Positions 39,291 through 49,106 of a DNA stretch of 64,000 nucleotides are shown piece by piece. This DNA comes from Mustelus asterias (taxonomy: Eukaryota), in NCBI RefSeq assembly GCF_964213995.1, contig NC_135830.1, positions 17,360,001 through 17,424,000 of the forward strand. The letters run 5' to 3'. The position numbers and the translations under genes were made by a program. Each line of letters starts with the position of its first letter. The first letter of the stretch is position 1. The notes below the pieces were generated by a model that was not told the DNA's origin, did not search any database, and saw only the letters and a program-made list of their open reading frames with translations.

Positions 39291-39392
39291 TATTAGTGCG
39301 AATCATTTCAGCATAACAGATCTTTCCCAGTGGAGTAATTTAATGTCATTTCAGTGAATGCAAAATCCCATCAGTTCGGGAGAACGTTTAAG

Positions 39393-39720
39393 TGGCGGCA
39401 CGGTAGCACAGTGGTTAGCACTGCTGCTTCACAGCTCTAAGGTCCCCGGTTCGATTCTCGGCTCGGGTCACTGTCTGTGTGGAGTTTGCGCATTCTCCTC
39501 GTGTCTGCGTGGGTTTTCTCCGGGTCCTCCTGTTTCCTCCCACAGTCCAAAGATGTGCGGGTTAGGTTGATTGGCCAGGTTAAAAATTGCCCCTGAGATG
39601 TGTAGGTTGGAGGGATTAGCGGGTAAAATATGTGGGGGTAGGGCCTGGGTGGGATTGTGGTCGGTGCAGACTCGATGGGCCGAATGGCCTCTTTCTGCAC
39701 TGTAGGGATTCTATGATTCT
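39393..39720 (+). mobile_element. HE1-like V-SINE, full length
   Basis: GGCGGCACGGTAGCACAGTGGTTAGCACTGCTGC...GGTTCGATTC head, V-domain, CR1-like tail ending TTCTATGATTCT. Confidence 0.9.
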
Positions 39721-40409
39721 AAGTGCACCTCAATCAATTTAGAAACAAATGCTTTCTTAAACAAACTGATCAGTTCAAGAAAATGTTTCATCTTGGTACA
39801 ATGAAATCAATGCGAGTTTGAAATGAATAGCGTTTAAATTTCAAATAAATTATTCAATTATTATTAACATAACTTGACTGTGTGGAGTTTGCACTTTCTC
39901 CCCATGTCTGGATGGGTTTCCTCCAGGTGCTCCTGTTTCAACTTAACTGGTCTATAATTTCTCAAGTTCTGCATTTCTCCGTTTTAAAATGTGGGCATTT
40001 TTCCATTTTCCTTTTATCGTGGGCAACAGACATTACAAAGGGATCAAATTGCAAAATAACGTGATGATGAGATTTATTGCACAAAGTCTAAAACACAGAT
40101 GTGCATGGCTGCCCTTGACATCAAGGTGTGATTTGAACGAGTGTGGCGTCAAAGAACCCTCGCAAAACTGCAGCCAGTGGGAATCAGGGGATTATACGTC
40201 ACTGATTGGAGGCAGACCTTGCAAAAAATACAGTTTCAGTTGCTTGATGTCAATCAACTCAGGTTCCAGGACATCACTACAGGAGGTCCTCGGGACCTTC
40301 CGTCCATCATAGGGTCAGTAGGCGGGATGTTCTCCAATGATTGTGCAATGTTCAGCACCATTTGCAAATGCAGAGACACTGAAGCAGTCTATGGCTAAAT
40401 GAAGCAAGG

Positions 40410-41677
40410 TAACAAGTCTCACAACACCAGGTTAAAATCTAACAGGTTTATTTGGTAGCAAAAGCCACTAGCTTTCGGAGCGCTGCTCCTCCCTCAGGTG
40501 AGCGGGATTTCAGTTCACAAACAGGGCATATAAAGACACAAACTCAATTTACAAAATAATGGTTGGAATGCGAGTCTTTACAGGTAATCAAGTCTTAAAG
40601 GTACAGATAATGTGAGTGGAGAGAGGGTTTAGCAGGTTAAAGAGATGTGTATTGTCTCCAGCCAGGACAGTTAGTGAGATCTTGCAAGCCCAGACACGTC
40701 GTGGGGGTTACAGGTAGTGTGACATGAACCCGAGATCCCGGTTAAGGCCGTCCTCATGGTTGCAGAATTTGGCTATCAGTCTCTGCTCAGCGACTCTGCG
40801 TTGTCGTGTGTCATGAAGGCCGCCTTGGAGAACGCTTACCCGAAGATCAGAGGCCGAATGCCCGTGAATGCTTAAGTGTTCTCCAACAGGAAGAGAACAC
40901 TCTTGCCTGGTGATTGTCGAGCGGTGTTCATTCATCCGTTGTCGTAGCGTCTGCATGGTCTCCCCAATGTACCACGCCTCGGGACATCCTTTCCTGCAGC
41001 GTATCAGGTGAACAACGTTGGCCGCGTTGCAAGTGTATGTACCGTGTACCTGGCGGATGGTGTTCTCCCGTGAGATGATGGCATCCGTGTCGATGATCCG
41101 GCACGTCTTGCAGAGGTTGCTGAGGCAGGGTTGTGTGGTGTCGTGGTCACTGTTCTCCCGAATGCTGGATAGTTTGCTGCGGACAATGGTCTGTTTGAGG
41201 TTGTGTGGTTGTTTGAAGGCAATCATAGAAATCATCATAGAAACCCTACAGTGCAGAAGGAGGCCATTCGGCCCATCGAGTCTGCACCGACCACAATCCC
41301 ACCCAGGCCCTACCCCCACATATTTTACCCGCTAATCCCTCTAACCTACTCATCCCAGGACTCTAAGGGGCAATTTTTTTTTTAACCTGGCCAATCAACC
41401 TAACCCGCACATCTTTGGACTGTGGGAGGAAACCGGAGCACCCGGAGGAAACCCACGCAGACACGAGGAGAATGTGCAAACTCCACACAGACAGTGACCC
41501 GACCCAAGCCGAGCAAGACGTAGGGGTGTGGGGAATGATGGAGGATGACACCTGATGAAGGAGCAGGTCCCGAAAGCTAGTGGATTTTGCTACAAAATAA
41601 ACCTGTTGGACTTTAACCTGGTGTTGTGAGACTTCTTACTGTGTTTACCCCAGTCCAACGCCGGCATCTCCACATCA
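40410..41677 (-). mobile_element. Penelope-like element, truncated, with GIY-YIG endonuclease and inverted pLTRs; HE1 SINE nested at about 41221-41500
   Basis: YTCNAANVVHLIRCRKGCPEAWYIGETMQTLRQRMNEHR...GLNRD (GIY-YIG). Inverted termini 40410-40501 and 41549-41640. 14-bp TSD TAAATGAAGCAAGG (40396-40409 and 41678-41691). Confidence 0.88.
41549..41582 (+). ncRNA. Minimal hammerhead ribozyme motif in the Penelope pLTR
   Basis: CAC-CTGATGA-AGGAGCAGGTCCC-GAAA-GCTA-GTG: conserved core, CAC/GTG helix I, palindromic AGCT helix III; helix II is weakened in this copy. Confidence 0.6.
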
Positions 41678-41829
41678 TAAATGAAGCAAGGCCAGGCTTC
41701 GGCTCTCAAGTGACAACTAGCAAATCTATCTATTCTATTGTAGAAAGTGTGATTGATTGAGAAAAATATACGCAAATCCTCTTTACCTTGAAAGCCAACA
41801 TATAGTTTGCCTTCTTTATTGCCTCTTCT

Positions 41830-42745
41830 AAATGAACACTTACTTCCAATGAACTGGGCTTTGTAGTTTCTTGCGGTCTTGGACAGAGCGCAGGCCCCAC
41901 AAAGCTGTGATACAACCAGGAAGAATGCTTTCTACAGTGCATCTGTAAAAGTTGGTGAAAGTCGTAGCAGACATGCCAAATATCCGTAGTCTTTTATGAA
42001 AGTAGAGGCGTTGGTGCTTTCTTAAATACAGCGTAGCCATGGAGGGATCACGACAGGTTGCTGGTGATCTGGACACCTAAAAACATGAAGCTTTCGACAA
42101 TTTCTATTTCGTCACCTTTGACGTGGACAGGGTCATGTCCTCCACTGTCCTTCCTGAAGTCGATGACCATCTCCTTCGTTTTGTTGACATTGAGGGGGAG
42201 GTTACTCTCGTCGCACCACTTCATCAGATTCGCCAGCTCTTCCCTGTACTCTGTCTCGTCGCTATTTGAGATCCAGCCCACTTTGGTGGTGTCATCAGCA
42301 AATTTGAAAATCGAGTTGGAGGAGAATTTGGCCACACAGTCAGAGGCGTATAAGGGGTATATAGCAAGTGGGTGAGGAAACAGCCTCGTGGGACACTGGT
42401 GTTGAGGATGATCGTTGAGGTGGTGTTGTTGCCTATCCTTACTGATTGCGGTCTGTGGGTTAGGAAGTTCAAGATTCAGTCACAGAGCGACAAGCCGATC
42501 CCCAGGCCACGGAGTTTGGAGAAGAGTTTACGTAGGAATAATGGTATTGAAGGCTGAGATGTGTTCGATAAATTGGAGCCTGACATAGGTGTCGTTGTTA
42601 TCTAACTCTTCCAGGGTTGGGTTCAGGGCCAGGGACATGGCGTCTGCTATGGACCTGTTGCGGCCGTCGGCGAACTGTCGTGGATCCAGGAAGCCTGGGA
42701 GGCCGGAATTGATTCTTGCAATGACGAACCTTTTAATGTTAATCA
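41830..42745 (-). mobile_element. Rex1/Babar-like non-LTR retrotransposon RT fragment
   Basis: LDPRQFA...RSIADA...SAFNTIIP; FLTHRPQSVRIG; KFADDTT.VG.ISNSDETEYREE; LNVNKTKEMVIDFRK. Confidence 0.8.
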
Positions 42746-43602
42746 TAACCACGGACTCACTGAAGTTGATAAAAAGCACCTAACTTCTAATTTTCACTCA
42801 TGTAATCTGCGTTTCATTATGATGTAAGAGATACATTCGGGTTGCTCACCATTCAAAATTTCATCACATCAGCAAAGACAGTTTCATTCTAGTTTGCTGC
42901 CATTCAGTGAGTGAGTTTCACACGTTATCAACTTGCCTCGATGAGTGGAGCTCTAACAACGCTCAAGAAGCTGAGCATTATCCAGGCCGCTTCATTGGCA
43001 ACCATTTCACAAATATTTTGTTCCTCCACGCTGCTGCACAGTGGCAGCCGTGTGTATCATCTGCAAGATGCGCAGCAGGGACTCACCAAGCCTCCTTGGA
43101 CAGAACTTTCTGAACCCACGTCAACTGCCCTCAGGGAAGACAAGGACAGGAGGAGAACCACCTCCTGGATGTTGCCTCCAAGCCACTCACCATCCTGACT
43201 TACAAATATATCGCTGATCCTTCACTTCACCCCTAAGAACATTGTGGGTGGCCGTGCAGCACCTAGGCTCCATTGGATCTAGAAGGCAGCTCTCTACCAT
43301 TTTCTCAAGGGCATTTGGGATGGGCAATAAATGCTGGCCTCGCAAGACACGCCATATCCCATAGATGTCTCGTGCCGTTTACTGGTAATAGCGTTGTGAT
43401 ACAGCGTTGGAAAGTGTATCCACTCTATAAAGCGACTTTGAGTACTGACCAAGTTGGTTTTCCATTAAATATGGAACATAAACGTTGATACACGTTGAAA
43501 TTTCGAAGTTGATTTATTTTTATTTAGAGACTAAATGCTGAACATTGCTGTCCTGATTCTGAAGACGGAACTTGGGTTGATGTTCATTTCTTTCATTCAC
43601 AG

Positions 43603-43911
43603 ATCCTCCCCGATATCCTGATGCCACAGTGATGATACTGCCACCACCAATGGAACAGGTCTCACTGGAGGCGACCGTGACCTTAACCTGCGTAATTTCT
43701 GATGCTCCTTATGGAGTCAACGTGTCCTGGATTCGAGAAAAGAAGCTTCTGAATTCAGAGGTTGCCGAAATACCTGGAGAGGATCCTTTCAGCGTTGTCA
43801 GCAATTTAAACATCTCGACAGTAGCCTGGCAAAGTGGGGCTGAGTTTGATTGTGCGGTGAGTCATCCGGATCTGCCGTTTGATTTAAGCAATTTCATCCA
43901 CAAGAAAGAAG
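43603..43911 (+). CDS. IGHM: IgM heavy-chain constant exon, Cmu3-like (C1-set Ig domain)
   Basis: CACAG|AT...[22 protein letters not shown]...VNVSW...[23 protein letters not shown]...IHKKE G|GTGAGA. Open frame with phase-1 boundaries. Confidence 0.88.
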
Positions 43912-44373
43912 GTGAGACGTGAGATTAAAATGGTGCCTGTGCCTCTCCCCTACGCTGGTGGAAAGAACATTGTTTTTTTTTGTTGTTTTAGTGGATCACA
44001 CTGATAATTGATAATGCCACGAACCAAAACCTTTGAATATGCAGGGCATAGGTTTCAGGGAAAATTGTGCAAGGTAGCGAAAGAGAAAAAGAATACAAGG
44101 GTCGAATACTAGTCGAAAAAATTGTGGAGACTAAGCACTGGGGCGGAACGGCCTGTTTCTCTGCTGCCATTTCTATCCAACTTTCAAGTCCAACTCGCAG
44201 ATTTCGGAGAGAATGACGGCACTGGTCCGTACTCCGAGCAGGGTCACAATGCAAAGGGGACAAGGAAAATATTCTACATTCAGGAGAACACGGATTCCTC
44301 TCACACTTGTCAACCTCTTTCACTACTTCTGGAATTCTCCAGTTTATTGACATTTATTTTGCATTTTCTGCAG

Positions 44374-44765
44374 ATCCAAATCCTCGTGCACCGTCCGTCT
44401 CTGTCCTCCTGCCCTCGGCAGAAGAAGTCTCCGCTCCGAGATTCGTCTACCTCAGTTGCTTTGTGAGAGGTTTCTCCCCCCGAGAGATCTTTGTCAAGTG
44501 GACCGTCAATTGTCAGCCGGTGAATCCTGGGAACTACAGGAACACCCAGGTGATGGGGAAGAATGGCAATAGCTCATTCTTCATGTACAGCCTGTTATCC
44601 ATTGCAGCGGAGGAGTGGGCCAGCGGCGCTTCTTACTCCTGTGTGGTGGGACATGAAGCCATCCCCTTGAAGATCATCAACAGAACAGTTGATAAATCCA
44701 GCGGTAAACCTAGTTTTGTGAACATTGCCCTTGCACTGACAGACATCATCAATTCATGTGAATGA
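44374..44765 (+). CDS. IGHM: IgM heavy-chain Cmu4 exon with secretory tailpiece
   Basis: TGCAG|AT...[34 protein letters not shown]...[60 protein letters not shown]. Internal TM donor G|GTAAAC at 44703/44704. Confidence 0.92.
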
Positions 44766-44790
44766 GAAACAGTCGGTTACATTTCACTTA

Positions 44791-44796
44791 AATAAA
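44791..44796 (+). terminator. Polyadenylation signal of the secretory IgM transcript
   Basis: AATAAA 25 nt after the stop codon. Confidence 0.6.
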
Positions 44797-44939
44797 CAGC
44801 AATATTAGCCCTTCCCTCAAACCCAAGTTTATTCCACGGGCGTTCAATTCATGCTGCGTAATTTGTCAAAGAAAAAACTGTTTAGTAGGGAAGTACAAGC
44901 TTCTTCCTTTCTGCCATCAGACTTTTGAATGGACTAACT

Positions 44940-45124
44940 ATGTATTAATCTGGTCTTTCTCGACGCCGTATCTCTGACTGTAACACTACATTCTGGACCC
45001 ATTCCTTCCCTTCTCCCCTTTGTGCTCTATGAACGGTATGCTTTATCTGTACAGCGCGCAAGAAACTGTACTTTTCACTGCACACCAATAAATGTGACAA
45101 TAATAAATCAAATCAAATCAAATC
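44940..45124 (+). mobile_element. LINE 3' end with (CAAAT)n tail
   Basis: CTTTTCACTG...AATAAATGTGACAATAATAAATCAAATCAAATCAAATC. Confidence 0.55.
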
Positions 45125-46529
45125 GGAAATGTACCTGCACTCGCCCAAGTCTTGCACCGAGCGCTCCCAATTCCGACACGCCACAAATGCGAGAAGTATT
45201 GGATCTCATTCACTACATGGCTGCACGGAATAATTACCGTAGCTTTCCTCCTGTTGAAATCTGATCATTTCTCATTGCTGCCAAACGCATGTATGAAATT
45301 GACATTTCTGTGTCTCTGGTCCGTTCGTTGTCCATCACCCTCCCTTTAGTTGCTCGCAGCCCATTGCCCCATGAGACTGGGAGGAGAGTTGCATTATTTT
45401 CCTCACTGTTCACTTGATGTGATTGTATGTTAAGATCCTTCGAAATCATATCTACATCATAGATTTTATTTGAGCTTCTGTTGTAAATACTTATATATTC
45501 TTGGCAACAAATCTCTTGTTACTTTGAGCCATATCGAGTACCCCTAGATTTATTTCAGCCCCCTAGTCTGGAATGGCACTTTCTGATTCGAATGATGGAT
45601 CAATTTCTCTGCCGCATGGTTATGGTTTTCCACCGAATTGTACTTCGACAAAGCAAGTTATGAAGTGCAATGTAACTGCATATTGGAACGTTCACTTCCC
45701 ACTAAGCATTGTCAAGGTTATTTATGATTTCCTTATATCCATCAAACCCCTGTTCAAGACAGTGGAGCTGGCAACATTGGGTGGAGTATTTCTTCGAGTT
45801 GGAAGGACCCTTTTGCAAGCATTTGTCTCTGAGTGCCCTAGAATCAATGTGAAAGGTCATGGACATGAAATATGAGTTTCAATGATCGATCCACAAATGC
45901 TTCCAGACTTGCTATTTTGTTTCTCGCATTCTGGCCCACAGATGCAGAATTCCGATGAGCTTTAGATGACAAAATGAAATCAAATTTTCCATTTTGTGAG
46001 AATGAAGCATACTATCTAAATGACGAGATATTCCAGAGCTCTGAGGAGCAGAGGAATGTGAGTGTCCGAGTGCATGAAACGCTAAAGGCTATTAGGCAGG
46101 TACATCAAATAATGAGGTAAACTAACAGATTGTTATCACTTGATGTGAGGGGAATTAAGTACAAAAGTACCACGATAATGTTTCAGCTCTGCAAGGCACG
46201 AGTGAGACTATTTTGCTGTACAGTGTATGGTATTAGCAACTTTTTCAAAAAATCTGTAAATGTATTCAGAGAAAGTTTATCATTCTACTACCTGGAATGG
46301 GTGGGCTGTTTTATGATGAAAGGTGAGATAGGGTAAACTCTATCTGTTGGAATTTAGCAGCATGAGGGTTGACTTGACTAAAATATATAAGATCCCGAGG
46401 GGTCCTGACAAAGTGGATGTAGAGAGGATGTTTCTACTTGTTGCACACACAGGAACTCGGGTCCGCTGTTTAAAAGTAAGTGGTCACCCATTTAGAACGG
46501 AGATGAGGTGAAATATTTTCACTCAGAGG

Positions 46530-48521
46530 TTTACTAAGGAGGTTGAATCTCTTGTGAAGAGGAAGAAGGAGACTTATGTTAAGATGAGACGCGAAGGCTC
46601 AATTAGGGCGCTTGAGAGTTACACGTTAGCCAGGAAGGACCTAAACAAAGAGTTAAGAAGAGCCAGGAGGGGACATGAGAAGTCTTTGGCAGGTAGGATC
46701 AAGGAAAACCCTAAATCGTTCTATAGGTATGTCAGGAGTAAAAGAATGACTAGGGTAAGATTAGGGCCAGTCAAGGACAGGAGTGGGAAGTTGTGCGTGG
46801 AGTCTGAAGAGATAGGAGAGACACTAAATGAATATTTTTCGTCGGTATTCATACTGGAGAGGGACAGTGTTGTTGAGGGGAGTACTGAGATGCAGGCTGT
46901 TGGACTGGATGGTATTGATGTTCATAAGGAGGAGGAATTAGCAATTCTGGAAAGGGTAAAAATAGATAAGTCCCCTGGGCCGGATGGGATTTATCCTTTG
47001 ATTCTCTGGGAGGCTAGAGAGGACATTGCAGAGCCTTTGGCTTTGATCTTTGTGTCGTCATTGCCTACAGGAACAGTGCCAGAAGACTGGAGGATAGCAA
47101 ATGTTGTCCCCTTGTTCAAGAAGGGGAGTAGGGGCAACCCTGGTAATTATAGACCGGTGAGCCTTACTTCTGTTGTGGGTAAAGTATTGGAAAGGATTAT
47201 AAGAGATAGGATTTATAATCACCTAGAAAGGAATAATTTGATTAGGGATAGTCAGCACGATTTTGTGAAGGGTAGGTCGTGCCTCACAAACATTATTGAG
47301 TTCTTTGAGAAGGTGACCAAAGAGGTGGATGAGGGTAAAGCGGTTGATGTGGTGTATATGGATTTCAGCAAAGCGTTTGATAAGGTTCCCCATGGTAAGC
47401 TTTTGCAGAAAATACAGACAAATGGGATTGAGGGTGATTTAGTGGTTTGGATCAGGAATTGGCTAGCTGTAAGAAAACAGAGGGTGGTGGTTGATGGGAA
47501 ATATTCATCCTGGAGTTCAGTTACTAGCGGTGTACCGCAAGGATCTGTTTTGGGGCCACTGCTGTTTGTCATTTTTATTAATGACTTGGATGAGGGCGTG
47601 GAAGGATGGATTAGTAAATTTGCGGATGACACTAAAGTCGGTGGAGTTGTAGACAGTGCGGAGGGAAGTGGCAGGTTACAGAGGGACATAGATAAGCTGC
47701 AGAGCTGGGCTGAGAGGTGGCAAATGGAGTTTAATGCGGAAAAGTGTGAGGTGATTCACTTTGGAAGGAGTAACAGGAATACAGAGTACTGGGCTAATGG
47801 TAAGATACTTGGTAGTGTGGATGAACAGAGGGATCTGGGTGTCCATGTGCATAGATCCCTGAAAGTTGGCACCCAGGTTGATAGGGTTGTTAAGAAGGCG
47901 TACGGTGTGTTAGCTTTTATTGGTAGAGGGATTGAGTTTCGGAGCCAGGAGGTCACGCTGCAACTGTACAAAACTCTGGTGCGGCCGCAGTTGGAGTATT
48001 GCGTACAGTTCTGGTCGCCGCATTATAGGAAAGATGTGGGAGTGTTGGAAAGGGTGCAGAGGAGATTTACCAGGATGTTGCCTGGTATGGTGGGAAATTC
48101 GTATGAGGAAAGGCTGAGGGGCTTGAGGTTGTTTTCATTAGAGAGAAGAAGGTTAAGAGGTGACTTAATAGAGGCATACAAGATGATCAGAGGATTAGAT
48201 AGGGTGGATAGTGAGAGCCTTTTTCCTCGGATGGTGTTGGCTAGCACGAGGGGACATAGCTTTAAATTGAGGGGTGAGAGATATAGGACAGATGTTAGCG
48301 GTAGGTTCTTTACTCAGAGAGTAGTAAGGGCGTGGAATGCCCTGCCTGCAGCAGTGGTGGACTCGTCAACGTTGAGAGCGTTCAAGTGGTTATTGGATAA
48401 ACATCTGGATGATATTGGAATAGTGTAGATTAGAGGGGCTTTAGATTGGTCCCACAGGTCGGCGCAACATCGAGGGCCGAAGGGCCTGTACTGCGCTGTA
48501 ATGTTCTATTGTCTATGCTCT
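46530..48521 (+). mobile_element. Young 5'-truncated CR1 LINE with an uninterrupted 624-aa RT ORF (46554-48428), nested in an older CR1 (about 45980-46529 and 48522-48745)
   Basis: KSPGPDG, PGNYRPVSLT, YMDFSKAFDKVPH, GVPQGSVLGP, KFADD motifs. AGAGG repeated at both junctions (46525-46529 and 48522-48526), with the host CR1 continuing across. Confidence 0.92.
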
Positions 48522-49106
48522 AGAGGCTGGTGAATCTTTGGAACTCTGCCTGAAAAGGCGGTAGAAACAGAGTATTTGAATATTTTTAAGGCAGAGGTGG
48601 ATAGATTCTTGCTAAGCAAGGGGGTGTTAGGTTTTCTTGATTATGAGGAGTGCAGATTACTATCAGATAAGTCACGATCTTATTAAAATGGCTGAGAACG
48701 TTCGAGTGTCTGATCGCGCTCCTCCTGTTCCTTGTCTATAAGTTCAACTCTCACTCCACTGTTCAGAAGAGTTACTCATTTCCTATGAGTCATATTATTA
48801 TAATAGGTGAACAATGATTTGGTCCATATTAACTGACCATGAATCAAACAGCGGCCGTGGAGATAAACTGTTCGAATCTTGATCACTGGACCACCACTGA
48901 GGTTGGAGACAAGCAAATCCCGTGGATACACAAGATTGCAATACCGATTTTGTTTTACAGTGATTCAGTTTTCTTTATAAATTCTTGAATTCGCATATTG
49001 TGCACGTGTCTACAAACAAGAAACATTTGAAGGGTGGTCTATTGTGGCACTGAGAAGTAGAGGAATTGTTGGAGTTTAATGAAATTTTCGTTTTCGATCT
49101 CATTTT

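Noticed and set aside
40708-41319. 203-aa ORF as a standalone nuclease gene
   Set aside because: Its N-terminus is SINE sequence fortuitously fused to a truncated Penelope GIY-YIG domain.
45573-45875. ORF containing ...LSIVK followed by GT, as a candidate IgM TM exon
   Set aside because: It lacks the hydrophobic T-F-I-I-L-F-x-L-S-x-x-Y helix and the acidic spacer.
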